Shown piece after piece: positions 1 to 9,238 of a DNA stretch of 27,620 nt (its first letter is position 1; each line of letters starts with the position of its first letter). Where the stretch lies: the IMG/VR virus record IMGVR_UViG_3300008107_000010; one strand, written 5' to 3'. The notes below the pieces were generated by a model. The model had not been told where the DNA came from. It saw only the letters and a list, made by a program, of their open reading frames with translations, and did no database searches. Position numbers and translations under genes: made by a program. This DNA is from a virus (Duplodnaviria > Heunggongvirae > Uroviricota > Caudoviricetes).

Positions 1-48
1 GTGCTGGGGCCGGAGCTGGACTAGGTGCTGGGGCCGGAGATGGAGGAG
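1..48 (-). repeat. Pro/Ala/Ser coding repeat (24-bp period)
   Basis: gtgctggggccggag at 1-15 and 25-39; encodes TPPSPAPAPSPAPAPA. Confidence 0.85.
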
Positions 49-1582
49 TCTGGTTTGCCATAGACTCTTCATCAATTTCATTTAATTTAGAAGGCCATTC
101 TCTTCTAAGAAGAGTTAATTTTTGTCTAATACCCAACCCATCATCAGAATCATACAAATACTCGATGTTTTCAACAACATAGTAACCGGTATGAAATTCA
201 TCCATTGCTATTTTATCACCACCTTCTGATTTTTCATCTTCACCGAATTCTTCACCGACAGGTTTAAATCCTTTTTCCTTTAGCTTATTCTTTAATGATC
301 TTTGTCTAGCAACCTCGTCAGTGTTGTAAGCTACAACAAACACTGGTAATTTCATAAAAAGATAGATGCTAGGATTGACATTATCTAGAATAACTTCTAA
401 TTTCATTTTAGAAGCTTCAGCATAGTTAATTTTATTTTGAATTGCTGCAAAATAATGGTTAATATTCATGTTTCCATGGGTTTTATCAACATCCATTCTT
501 CCAACAAACTTCTGCTTTACTTCCTCTTTATATCTAGTTTCGTCTTTTCTTCTACCCTTTAATGGTTCTTCAATGTCTCTCATATTTTTCCCAGCTCTAG
601 GTTCTAAGTCAAACTCAACTAAACCTTCATCACTGTCATTTTCAAAATACTGAAGTTTCATTTTATACCCATACTTTGCAGTTTTTGCTCCTGAATCATT
701 AATAATTCTAAAGTTCTCAAAGAATTGAGAACTAGACATCCATTGAGGATGATTAGTAATCATTAATGGAGCCTTGATTTCATTGCCATCGTTTTTATCT
801 TCTGGATTCTTATTTAAATCTTCTTGTAATTTATGGAAATAACTCATTTCCAAATCATTTTTTGAATCTAAAACTTTGTTTAAATCAACATAATTTAAAT
901 AATAATATGCATCAATTTTACCAGTAACAAAACTATCATCACTAACATATCCATGCTTTATAATATCATTAATAAATCTTATTTTAGGCATATATGCGCA
1001 GAATCTAGACATTTCATCATCAGTTGAATCAATATTGGTTGCAAATCCTAATTGTAATTCAGTTGCAACTTGTTCTAAATGATCTAATGACGTTTTTCTT
1101 CCGTATCCCTTTGATTCTTCTGCAAATATTTTAGGAACCTTTAATCTTCCAGTAATTGTATACAACCCGCCGGGCTGAGATTGTGCCGGTTGGCCATTAT
1201 CGCCAGATGAGTCAGCGTTACATCTAATAATATCAAAGTCCATTCTAATATCTTTAAAGATCTTATCCTGTCTTGAAGCTAATCTAACACTAACAACATC
1301 ACCATCTCTAGGTATTGAATCTCCTCTAAACATGTTTTGGCTGTCCATAAATGATAGAGAAATTTCAGGTAAAAATCCATTTAACTTAATAGTTAATGAA
1401 TTTAATTCCATATGTTCAATATCAATTCCATTGATCCTAACAGCTGGAGTTAATGAACCATTCTCTCTTGAAATCTTCTTACCCTCCGGTTCTTCTTCTT
1501 TACCAGAATCATAAACCATTTTTTCCAACTTGATAGTCGGTTCAGTTATAACGAGTATATGTCTATCTAAATCGCTAGCCAT
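1..1582 (-). CDS. Probable baseplate hub-type structural protein (gp27/GpD-like); runs off the left edge, >=527 aa; missing from the ORF track
   Basis: ATG at 1582-1580 overlaps the upstream TAA (TAATG). Translates MASDLDRHILVITEPTIKLEK...NGFLPEISLSFMDSQNMF...DGDVVSVRL...TSLDHLEQVATELQLGF...IDAYYYLNYVDLNK, and the same frame reaches the window edge as ...PPSPAPAPSPAPAPA. It follows a gp53-like gene; the hub identity is inferred from this context and layout. Confidence 0.6.
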   Translation of the reverse strand, partial: MASDLDRHILVITEPTIKLEKMVYDSGKEEEPEGKKISRENGSLTPAVRINGIDIEHMELNSLTIKLNGFLPEISLSFMDSQNMFRGDSIPRDGDVVSVRLASRQDKIFKDIRMDFDIIRCNADSSGDNGQPAQSQPGGLYTITGRLKVPKIFAEESKGYGRKTSLDHLEQVATELQLGFATNIDSTDDEMSRFCAYMPKIRFINDIIKHGYVSDDSFVTGKIDAYYYLNYVDLNKVLDSKNDLEMSYFHKLQEDLNKNPEDKNDGNEIKAPLMITNHPQWMSSSQFFENFRIINDSGAKTAKYGYKMKLQYFENDSDEGLVEFDLEPRAGKNMRDIEEPLKGRRKDETRYKEEVKQKFVGRMDVDKTHGNMNINHYFAAIQNKINYAEASKMKLEVILDNVNPSIYLFMKLPVFVVAYNTDEVARQRSLKNKLKEKGFKPVGEEFGEDEKSEGGDKIAMDEFHTGYYVVENIEYLYDSDDGLGIRQKLTLLRREWPSKLNEIDEESMANQTPPSPAPAPSPAPAPA

Positions 1583-2190
1583 TAAGTATTACTATCTAGT
1601 TTTTTATTAATATTGTTCATTGCTTTTAATTCAGTAGGAGATGCTTTGCCACTTGATAATTTAGCAGTAGTTCTTATTTGGCTAGTGCTCAGCGCAGTAC
1701 CAACTTCAGTCTGTCCATTTTGGATAACAACATTACTCTGTCCTGGTTTTAAAACATTTGGAGGTAATATTTCTTTTGCTCCATTTGATTTCTCAGAAGC
1801 TTTTCTTTTTAGATATTCTAATCTCTTTTGATCTTGAACTGGTAATCTTTTTGTTTCTATAAATTTATCTCGAACGAGATTTGCTTCTTTAACATCGATT
1901 CCAGGCTTTTTCCAACCAATCAATAAAATATCTGCCGGTGGGATTATAAGAACATCACCTTCACCGACTGAAAATGGATTTGAAATACCATTGTATTTTA
2001 AAATTTGATCAGAAAGCTCTGCTGTACCATAAACGTTCAGCGAAATTAGATCGATTCTACCTGCATGATAATCAGTAACAACGAACACATCATTGTCAGT
2101 AGTACCATTTTTAAATAGAAGATATGGTTCAGTCATGATGATTTTGTCATCCGCTGATACCTTTTTGTTTTGAAAAGTTTTAAGTTCCAT
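1582..2190 (-). CDS. Baseplate wedge protein, T4 gp53/LysM-like (tail X-like)
   Basis: GRIDLISLNVYG...ILKYNGISNPFSVGEGDVLIIP matches the gp53/LysM-type pattern. Confidence 0.75.
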   Translation of the reverse strand: MELKTFQNKKVSADDKIIMTEPYLLFKNGTTDNDVFVVTDYHAGRIDLISLNVYGTAELSDQILKYNGISNPFSVGEGDVLIIPPADILLIGWKKPGIDVKEANLVRDKFIETKRLPVQDQKRLEYLKRKASEKSNGAKEILPPNVLKPGQSNVVIQNGQTEVGTALSTSQIRTTAKLSSGKASPTELKAMNNINKKLDSNT

Positions 2191-4046
2191 TATTCGTTAG
2201 CAAATTTTCTAAATACTTTATCTACTGATGATGGTTTAAGATTATTGGTATTTGTTCCACCACCTGGTTTATCTTTATTACCATAAGCAGATACTTCATG
2301 TAGATTGTTAATATCAGCACCATCATCTGGTTGTAGATAGAACCTTCCTCTTCCAGCGTTAAACATTCTTTCAATATCTGCTTTATCTCTTGGTCTTCCT
2401 GGTTTTAAAGTGATTTCAACTTCCATTATTTCCGGAAAATCTTGAACTCCATTACCACCATGAAAATTAATTTTGGTATTTGTGCAAACTAAGTTACCCA
2501 TAACAATCATAGGATTTAATGGATTACCAACAGTAACATGCCATTGTCCAGTAGAATCACCGGTTAATAAGGCGTTTGCAACCTCACCACCTTGTGGAGA
2601 ATTAAATAAATCCATCAACATACCACCGAGTAAGTTACTCATTACCTTAGAACCACCTAGACCATTCTTCTTAATATCATCAACGATATTAGTTGCCATA
2701 CTCTGTAATTGTCCAAGTACTGAAGTTAAGAATCCTTTATAATCGCCGTTTCTTAATTTATTAATATCACCGAATGGTTTACCAATAGATCCACTTCCTA
2801 AATAACGAACAGCTCCACCCCAGAAAGGAGCAGTTGAATATGTTAGTGCAAGAACGTTAGATAATTGGTCCATAAAAAGAACCTTTGGGTTTGCACCATA
2901 TAAAGACTTCATTTGATATTGAAACTTAAGTGTAAATTCTTTATCAAAAAGAAGACCTTTATCTCCACGTACAACCATTGATGCAATTTTATTATACGGT
3001 CCAAATACGTGGTTTGGATAAGTTCCTTTTAACGGATCGAATCCAGATCCATGAGCTTCCATTTGAGCAACTTGTACTCCGTTTAATCCTTGGCCAGCTC
3101 CCATAAAAGCCTTACCAACTTTATTACCCATCAACGCTTTACCCAATTTACCTCCTGAATTTTCATTATTAGTTGAGGTAATTGTTTGAACATCCGCTTC
3201 AACATCTTTCCAATCATATTTGTAACTAAGTGCTAGAATTTCAGCTAAACTATTTCCAGTTTCTTCTGACATCCATGTAATTGCTCTTGCAACATCTGGG
3301 CTTTTTCTTGGGATTTTACTACCATCTTGACCAACTGAAAAAGGCGTGATAATATCGTCTTCAACTGGATATGCAAATCTTCTTAATGTAACCATGTATG
3401 TATTTGGTATTTTACCAAGATATTTACACATTGCAAAATCAGAATAATTATAACGATATCCTAAAGATCCTTTGTCATCGGTTATATTGATAATATTTCT
3501 AATTGTTGGTTCAATAATTGTAGCAGCATCAATTTTATTATAAACAGGATCTGCGGTTTTATCTTGTGCAGCATTATCAACCGGACTTAGTGGCGTTCCT
3601 CTATATTTAAATAGAGAATATCTGTTAAAAGATGAATATGGGGCTTTGCCATCATTAACCTTTTTTCCATTAGTAGTTGATCCAGCGGGTGCCTGCTCTG
3701 CTTTATCTAGAGTGTAGAAATACGAATCATCTACTTGATTATATAATTTACCTTCACCTGGCCCAGGTGCAACATTATTTTTTACACCACTAAATGAATT
3801 ATTTTTACCAAAATTCTTTATTGGTTCAGTAGGACTAGTGATGTTGTTTGACTGTAACACTGTTTCAGGCAATTCATCGGATGATGCAATGGTTTTAGTA
3901 GCATCTTTAGTGTCAATGCTCTTATATTTCTTCTTTGGAGCGGGGCCAGAAGGCTTCGAAGCCTTTTTTGGATCCTTCCCTATATTGTATACGGAAGTAT
4001 ATGCTTTGTCTACTTTATTAATAAAACCGTCTAGAATACCAGCCAT
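2190..4046 (-). CDS. Probable baseplate/tail-tube initiator-like structural protein (gp48/gp54-like)
   Basis: 618 aa; 'FDKEFTLKFQY' and 'NLVCTNTKINF...FPEIMEVEITLK' resemble tube-fold strands; coupled to the gp53-like gene; late-type promoter upstream. Confidence 0.5.
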   Translation of the reverse strand: MAGILDGFINKVDKAYTSVYNIGKDPKKASKPSGPAPKKKYKSIDTKDATKTIASSDELPETVLQSNNITSPTEPIKNFGKNNSFSGVKNNVAPGPGEGKLYNQVDDSYFYTLDKAEQAPAGSTTNGKKVNDGKAPYSSFNRYSLFKYRGTPLSPVDNAAQDKTADPVYNKIDAATIIEPTIRNIINITDDKGSLGYRYNYSDFAMCKYLGKIPNTYMVTLRRFAYPVEDDIITPFSVGQDGSKIPRKSPDVARAITWMSEETGNSLAEILALSYKYDWKDVEADVQTITSTNNENSGGKLGKALMGNKVGKAFMGAGQGLNGVQVAQMEAHGSGFDPLKGTYPNHVFGPYNKIASMVVRGDKGLLFDKEFTLKFQYQMKSLYGANPKVLFMDQLSNVLALTYSTAPFWGGAVRYLGSGSIGKPFGDINKLRNGDYKGFLTSVLGQLQSMATNIVDDIKKNGLGGSKVMSNLLGGMLMDLFNSPQGGEVANALLTGDSTGQWHVTVGNPLNPMIVMGNLVCTNTKINFHGGNGVQDFPEIMEVEITLKPGRPRDKADIERMFNAGRGRFYLQPDDGADINNLHEVSAYGNKDKPGGGTNTNNLKPSSVDKVFRKFANE

Positions 4047-4085
4047 TCTTGTTAATGAATATTTTTAGGCAATATTTACCTATCT

Positions 4086-4093
4086 TATATATT
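4086..4093 (-). promoter_or_regulatory. Putative late promoter AATATATA
   Basis: Intergenic, upstream of the baseplate operon; NATATATA recurs at 6 gene junctions; resembles the T4 late promoter TATAAATA. Confidence 0.6.
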
Positions 4094-4119
4094 CATAGTA
4101 CTTTAAATGAGCCCAGAAA

Positions 4120-4860
4120 TTAATAATCCCATAAATTAGAATAATGGCATCTAATATATCCTGGCGCGTTGATTTGGGCGCCGTTTTTGTATGATTTTCT
4201 AAACCTTATATTAAAGTCAACATCTTCACTAGTTCCTATTGTATCTTTCCATTCAATGTCAGATTTCCTTTTATGAATAAAAAGCCATGGAGCCATAACA
4301 ATCATACCGGGTTTAACATGATTTATAACCCATTCTCCACCAACCTGTTTAAATTTGTAGGATTCTAAATTTTCAGTTGAATAAGTTGCAGATCCTTCTG
4401 GCCATCTATGATCCGCACTATCAAACCATGTTGTATTTGAATAGAAATCTAATTCGCTGTTTTGATTATATATGTTAACTAATAGATCTAAATAATTTGG
4501 TAGTATAAGGTCATCTGAGTCCATGTACGTGATTAAATCTCCAGTTGTGATAGTAACACCAACTTGACGCGGAATTCCTCGATAGTATTTCTGATCACCA
4601 ACCAGCTCATACATATTAGGAGTTCCTGTTTTAGACACATATGCATATTTAATACGGTCTTCATGTTTATATTTTTCTAAATATAAACTATGCGCTATGT
4701 CACAATCATCACTAACTATTACTAATTCTGAGTTAGAATAGGTTTGATTCAGGAAACTATCTACTGCTCTTATGAATTTATCAATTGGATTCTTTCTTGA
4801 CCCAGGATAGTCCCCTAAATATGCCTGCATAACTATAGAAATCTTAGGGTTAAGTATCAT
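4120..4860 (-). CDS. Glycosyltransferase family 2
   Basis: ISIVMQAY...SFLNQTYSNSELVIVSDD...GDLITYMDSDD (DxD)...SEDVDF. Confidence 0.9.
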   Translation of the reverse strand: MILNPKISIVMQAYLGDYPGSRKNPIDKFIRAVDSFLNQTYSNSELVIVSDDCDIAHSLYLEKYKHEDRIKYAYVSKTGTPNMYELVGDQKYYRGIPRQVGVTITTGDLITYMDSDDLILPNYLDLLVNIYNQNSELDFYSNTTWFDSADHRWPEGSATYSTENLESYKFKQVGGEWVINHVKPGMIVMAPWLFIHKRKSDIEWKDTIGTSEDVDFNIRFRKSYKNGAQINAPGYIRCHYSNLWDY

Positions 4861-5450
4861 CCTTTATCTATTTTATCTAATTCAACTGAATCTGGCCGGT
4901 ATAAGAGTTTATCAAAATAGTCCTTGCGATCAGGTTTTCTAACATCTAAAAACTTTTTAAGTGCTATTATAAATTCATCTCTTGTATGATAATAATATTG
5001 TCCTTTAGAATAAAAAGATCGATTTGAAAGTTCATATAATTCTTTCAAATGTTTTTCAATAAAGAAATCTTGTAGATTTTTAAATAATTCGTTTAATTCA
5101 TACTGTGTTTTAACACAGAAAATAGAATCAACAACAAACATGTAACTTTCCCATTTTTCAGAAAATACACGTTCTAATTCAGAAATTGTAGAGTATTCTT
5201 TTCGGCTTAGATTAATTTTAGTTTGTTTACCTTCAAAGTTACCATCAAAAGTTAGGCCAAAGAAATATCTTTTGAGAAAATCAATATCGTCATATAACTT
5301 ATCAATTTTAAGCATATATCTAGGCATGGTGTCATCAAATTTGACATCATATATAATAGCTCTTACAGGAAATAAAATGTTTGGGAATCTTTTGTTAGAT
5401 AAAAGAGCATAAATTTTCTCGCCTTTTGTATATAGCTTATGCTTTATCAT
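4857..5450 (-). CDS. Hypothetical protein
   Basis: 197-aa ORF with ATGA overlap to the downstream gene. Confidence 0.8.
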   Translation of the reverse strand: MIKHKLYTKGEKIYALLSNKRFPNILFPVRAIIYDVKFDDTMPRYMLKIDKLYDDIDFLKRYFFGLTFDGNFEGKQTKINLSRKEYSTISELERVFSEKWESYMFVVDSIFCVKTQYELNELFKNLQDFFIEKHLKELYELSNRSFYSKGQYYYHTRDEFIIALKKFLDVRKPDRKDYFDKLLYRPDSVELDKIDKG

Positions 5451-5841
5451 GTTCTAGATATGTAACATTATCAAAGAATGATAATATGTTTTCATTCTCT
5501 ATTTTTTTATCTGAAATAAGATTAAGATTAAATTCAAAATCTCGATAATAGAAATCAGTAACCGTCTCTTTAAGATTAGAGATAGTTACTGGTTCTAAAT
5601 TTTTAAATAAGTAAAGGATTTTCTGATCAGTGTGAAAAATGAGTACAGATTCTAAGATTTTAAAAATATGAAGTCCAATTACAGATTGTTTTGGTTCCTC
5701 TCCATACGGACACGATTTTGCTAATTTATTTGAAATTGTATGATAGTCAATTATAGTGCTATAATTAGACTCACTCATTTTCAAATAACGAACATAATCT
5801 CTCCTATGTTCAGACCAGATACAATCAATAATTAAACCCAT
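5437..5841 (-). CDS. Hypothetical protein
   Basis: 134-aa ORF, tightly packed in the operon. Confidence 0.75.
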   Translation of the reverse strand: MGLIIDCIWSEHRRDYVRYLKMSESNYSTIIDYHTISNKLAKSCPYGEEPKQSVIGLHIFKILESVLIFHTDQKILYLFKNLEPVTISNLKETVTDFYYRDFEFNLNLISDKKIENENILSFFDNVTYLEHDKA

Positions 5842-5843
5842 TT

Positions 5844-6170
5844 TTATACAAGAAGAGATTGAAGTTTATTAATCTGAGTATTAAGTTCAGAAATTCTAGC
5901 TTCAATTTCAGCCTTATTTGGCTGATAATGTTCTCCCCAATCTTTAATTATTTTTATTTGATCAGAATCATTAGTGCTTCCGAATTCTAAGCCACAATCT
6001 TCTGAAATATCTAGAAGAAATTTGATTTTATTTTCGGAAGCATCATTAGATTCAAAATCATAAACAATAGTTGAACTGTAACCTTCTCCAGCTGAGTTTG
6101 CATTATCATCCTCAACGTATTTTATTACGCCATTGTCTGCCAACTGAACTGTAATAGATTGCATAGTCAA
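5844..6170 (-). CDS. Hypothetical acidic protein with C-terminal coiled coil
   Basis: 108-aa ORF; the start may be the in-frame ATG (MQSIT) two codons later. Confidence 0.75.
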   Translation of the reverse strand: MTMQSITVQLADNGVIKYVEDDNANSAGEGYSSTIVYDFESNDASENKIKFLLDISEDCGLEFGSTNDSDQIKIIKDWGEHYQPNKAEIEARISELNTQINKLQSLLV

Positions 6171-6173
6171 TTA

Positions 6174-6548
6174 TTATTTTCTAGCTGATCTTAATTGATT
6201 AGCTTGTTTACTTAATTCTCTTGAACGTTTCTTATCTTCGCGATAAGTTTCTTTACTCTTAACTGCCGTTAAGGACCAAGACTCTTCTAATAAAGAAATT
6301 TCTTCTTCATTATAACCTAGCCCTACCCAAGTTTCTTTCATCTTATCTAAGATAGTTTGAAGTTGGTTTTCAATAGCGTCCATGTTTGCTTTTTCGTTCA
6401 TTTCATGGATTCTTTTACCTTCTTCTTTGGCTTTTTTATACCACTCTTGTCTTTGTGGTGAAAAGAAACTTAGCTTTTCTTTTTCGCGTAAAACACCGTA
6501 CGCTTTTAGTTGCGCTCTGCGAGCTCTTCTGTTAGGAATTTGATTCAT
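6174..6548 (-). CDS. Hypothetical helical protein with a basic N-terminal NRRARR motif
   Basis: 124-aa ORF, charged and helical. Confidence 0.75.
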   Translation of the reverse strand: MNQIPNRRARRAQLKAYGVLREKEKLSFFSPQRQEWYKKAKEEGKRIHEMNEKANMDAIENQLQTILDKMKETWVGLGYNEEEISLLEESWSLTAVKSKETYREDKKRSRELSKQANQLRSARK

Positions 6549-7083
6549 TGTAATAGTTGTTTAAAAAAAGGGTGACTTCATCGTAAATATACGATTGTAG
6601 TTTATCTATTTGAATTTGTGAAGTGACTACCTGAGAAATTGTTTTAATCATTTCATCTCTAGACTCATCACTATTTTCTAGCAGCATGTCAAATACTTCG
6701 CGCTTTGGAAGATTAACTCCTAGATTTAATTTTAAAGTTTCAACATTCTTAGAAGATAACTTTATGATTAAATTTTCCAGAGGTGATTTTTCAACAGGAG
6801 CAGATACTTTCGATTGTATAATTTTTGGAGCTTCTTCCTTAACGGATTTGGCTTCATTTTTATTAGAAGGTGAAATTACTGTAGTTGACGGAAATGGTAA
6901 ATTATTAATATCATCTACTTTTTCTAAAAATTCAGTTGCTACACTTTTAAATATTTGTGTTCCATCGGTAAAAATATAAAATTCAGAATCTTCTGATTCT
7001 ACTTCGACAACTTTACCAAAGTGATCACCTTTCTTCCATTGAAATCTTTTGACTTCTTGTGCTGTTTCAGTATTATTTTCCAT
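6532..7083 (-). CDS. Hypothetical protein (start revised to MENNTET)
   Basis: ATG at 7083 avoids overlap with the upstream ORF ending at 7106 and has an A-rich leader. Confidence 0.75.
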   Translation of the reverse strand: MENNTETAQEVKRFQWKKGDHFGKVVEVESEDSEFYIFTDGTQIFKSVATEFLEKVDDINNLPFPSTTVISPSNKNEAKSVKEEAPKIIQSKVSAPVEKSPLENLIIKLSSKNVETLKLNLGVNLPKREVFDMLLENSDESRDEMIKTISQVVTSQIQIDKLQSYIYDEVTLFLNNYYNESNS

Positions 7084-7105
7084 AATTTCTTTCTTAAAAA
7101 GGTTT

Positions 7106-7321
7106 TTAATCTTCGATACTATAAAACTCGACATCAGTTGATTCATTGTATTTTTGCATGAATTTTTCTATAAATCTTTCAGATGCTTTTGCTTTTTCAG
7201 ATCCCATCCAGCATTCAACTCTCTTGATATACATGTTATAAAAATAATGAGATCCTTCTTCTTTAAGTTTATTTTCTAATATCTTTACATCTTCTGGATA
7301 ATGTCTAATGTTAAATCCCAT
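7106..7321 (-). CDS. Hypothetical protein
   Basis: 71-aa ORF filling the gap, with an AT-rich leader. Confidence 0.7.
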   Translation of the reverse strand: MGFNIRHYPEDVKILENKLKEEGSHYFYNMYIKRVECWMGSEKAKASERFIEKFMQKYNESTDVEFYSIED

Positions 7322-7334
7322 AATATTATATTAT

Positions 7335-7850
7335 TTATTCGTTATTCCATACTATCTCCTGGTAAACAGGAATTCCAGCCTTATTAAGTAATTCTACACC
7401 TGAAGTATCTCTATAATCCTCACAATAATAAACTTCGGCAACTCCAGCTTGAATAATCAATTTTGCACAATCAAAACAGGGCATGGTAGTTGTATATAGC
7501 GTCGTTCCAATTGAACTAATTGTACTTTTAGCCAATTTTGCTATCGCATTCGATTCAGCATGTAGAACCTCTTTTTTAGTAACATATCGATGGCAAGTAC
7601 ATGAATTATCAGTAGATAATATCCATCCAGCATCTTCTAATAGTTCAGCTCCGTCTGGATTCTCCCAATATGTTGTTTGTTTATACTCACATTGATTTTC
7701 AAAACCATGCGGAGTTCCATTGTAACCAACACTGATGATTTGCTCATCTTTGACAATGATACATCCGACTTTTCTACGTTCGGCGTAACTTAATTTGGCG
7801 ATCTGGTACGCCATCTGCATATAGATCTTATTAATCGGTATTCTTGGCAT
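7335..7850 (-). CDS. dCMP deaminase (start revised to MPRIPINK)
   Basis: KVGCIIVKD..IISVGYNG, LHAESNAI and PCFDC zinc motifs; the longer track start would run through a terminator/promoter. Confidence 0.95.
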   Translation of the reverse strand: MPRIPINKIYMQMAYQIAKLSYAERRKVGCIIVKDEQIISVGYNGTPHGFENQCEYKQTTYWENPDGAELLEDAGWILSTDNSCTCHRYVTKKEVLHAESNAIAKLAKSTISSIGTTLYTTTMPCFDCAKLIIQAGVAEVYYCEDYRDTSGVELLNKAGIPVYQEIVWNNE

Positions 7851-7854
7851 ATTA

Positions 7855-7891
7855 AATAAAAAAGGATCTGAATAATTATATTCAGATCCTT
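7855..7891 (-). terminator. Intrinsic terminator
   Basis: 13-bp perfect stem AAGGATCTGAATA/TATTCAGATCCTT followed by a T-run on the minus strand. Confidence 0.8.
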
Positions 7892-7902
7892 GATTTAGTT
7901 TC
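7876..7902 (-). promoter_or_regulatory. Putative middle promoter GAAAC-N17-TATAA
   Basis: Same motif and spacing at 14274, 18691 and 23924; upstream of dCMP deaminase. Confidence 0.6.
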
Positions 7903-7915
7903 TTATTTAACAAGA

Positions 7916-8392
7916 TTATTCTCCGGCTTCAGGCTCGTCAGAAGATTCTGGTGATTGTCCAGATTCGGCCAATTTAACTTCTTGAATTTTCTTATCAAAT
8001 GCTTCGGAAATCATATTTAGAGCAGCTTCATAAGCTTCTAATCCAAATTCTTCTTTACATTCTTTAAGAGATTTAGCAGCTAATCCAGCAACTAATGCTG
8101 CATTTTCGCACATATAACTTTCAATTGTATGTTCATCATGTGCATCGCTTTCCCAAGCTTTAGCTTCTTTAGTTACCATTTCATAACATTCTGATAAAAT
8201 TTCAGAAACGGCTTTTTCAACTACTTCAGCCTTTTCAGCTTCTGCTGGTTTTTCTTCAGATTCATTGGCTTGAACTTTTTCAGCCTCATCTTCGTCATGT
8301 TCTTCAGGAGTGCCTAAATTAACAACTTCTTTTTCGATTTCTTCAGATCTATCCATTTCTGAAATAAACTGATCAAATGATTTATATCTCAT
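7916..8392 (-). CDS. Acidic putative internal head protein with a capsid-targeting leader
   Basis: N-terminus MRYKSFDQFISE resembles the T4 internal-protein leader MKTYQEFIAE; very Glu-rich; late promoter directly upstream. Confidence 0.65.
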   Translation of the reverse strand: MRYKSFDQFISEMDRSEEIEKEVVNLGTPEEHDEDEAEKVQANESEEKPAEAEKAEVVEKAVSEILSECYEMVTKEAKAWESDAHDEHTIESYMCENAALVAGLAAKSLKECKEEFGLEAYEAALNMISEAFDKKIQEVKLAESGQSPESSDEPEAGE

Positions 8393-8419
8393 CTTATTTA
8401 GATTTTTTTATTATACTTT

Positions 8420-8427
8420 TATATATT
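8420..8427 (-). promoter_or_regulatory. Putative late promoter AATATATA
   Basis: Recurrent motif, 27 nt upstream of the ATG at 8392. Confidence 0.6.
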
Positions 8428-8893
8428 AAAGATCTTCACCTTCTTTTGGTTCTTTAAGGAATGTATAACCGTCAGGAATATGTCCCCAAATAAGAAGTGA
8501 TTTTAACCATCTAGTCATTTCTCCATCTCTAAAGAAATACGGTGATTTCATATTCTGCTTCATTCCAATCATTCGACTATTAAATGAAACTTGTTTACCA
8601 CACCAAAACCACATAGCTGGGGTCCAATTTTTTTCAGCATCTTCAAACGTTTTGCCAGATGGTATCATCTTAATAAGCATTTCAGCTGATTCTTTACCAG
8701 TGTCGATGTCTGCGTTCTTTGCCTGTTTCTGAGTTAAACCTGCATCTTGGCCATGTCTTGACTCTCTAAACTGTTTAATCTGAGCTGGGGTCATATTGAT
8801 TAATTCCTTCCAAGATTTATACAAATCCTCAGAAGGTTCAGCGCTTCTGTCTTCAGCTTCAAGAATAAATTGTTCGAAAGTTTTAAACTTCAT
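8426..8893 (-). CDS. DUF3140-like protein with a capsid-targeting leader
   Basis: Leader MKFKTFEQFILE; the motifs INMTPAQI, GKESA and RWLKSLLIWGHIP resemble DUF3140 (VNMT..EL, GHESG, WRYSLMNWGHDP). Confidence 0.65.
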   Translation of the reverse strand: MKFKTFEQFILEAEDRSAEPSEDLYKSWKELINMTPAQIKQFRESRHGQDAGLTQKQAKNADIDTGKESAEMLIKMIPSGKTFEDAEKNWTPAMWFWCGKQVSFNSRMIGMKQNMKSPYFFRDGEMTRWLKSLLIWGHIPDGYTFLKEPKEGEDL

Positions 8894-9147
8894 TACACCT
8901 TAGGTTTCTTATTATACTTTCTTTTAGGCTTTGCTTCTACTACAGAAGAAACGGCAACTTCTTTTTTAGGCTGCTTTTTAGCTTTTGGTTTAGCAGTCAT
9001 TTTAGGAGTTTCTTTCTTTGCTTCAAATGCTTTTACCTCAGCATGATCGCTTGCAATAGAATCTTCTTCATTTTTCTTAAGGTAGTTAAATGCTAACAAT
9101 ACTACACCAAGAACAATTGCAATTGAGAAAATAATTTGTGTTGTCAT
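8893..9147 (-). CDS. Small membrane-anchored protein with a Lys-rich tail
   Basis: N-terminal hydrophobic helix IIFSIAIVLGVVLLAF followed by a KPKAKK-type basic tail. Confidence 0.75.
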   Translation of the reverse strand: MTTQIIFSIAIVLGVVLLAFNYLKKNEEDSIASDHAEVKAFEAKKETPKMTAKPKAKKQPKKEVAVSSVVEAKPKRKYNKKPKV

Positions 9148-9179
9148 AATTTAATTTTTAAAATGGTTAATTAATACTC

Positions 9180-9187
9180 TATATATC
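9180..9187 (-). promoter_or_regulatory. Putative late promoter GATATATA
   Basis: Immediately after a terminator, upstream of the 9147 operon. Confidence 0.6.
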
Positions 9188-9191
9188 TAGA

Positions 9192-9219
9192 CAAAAAAAG
9201 GGACCCTTTCGGGTCCCTT
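9192..9219 (-). terminator. Intrinsic terminator
   Basis: AAGGGACCC-GAAA-GGGTCCCTT plus T-run; GNRA tetraloop. Confidence 0.9.
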
Positions 9220-9238
9220 ACCAACTAGAAGCTGGCAT

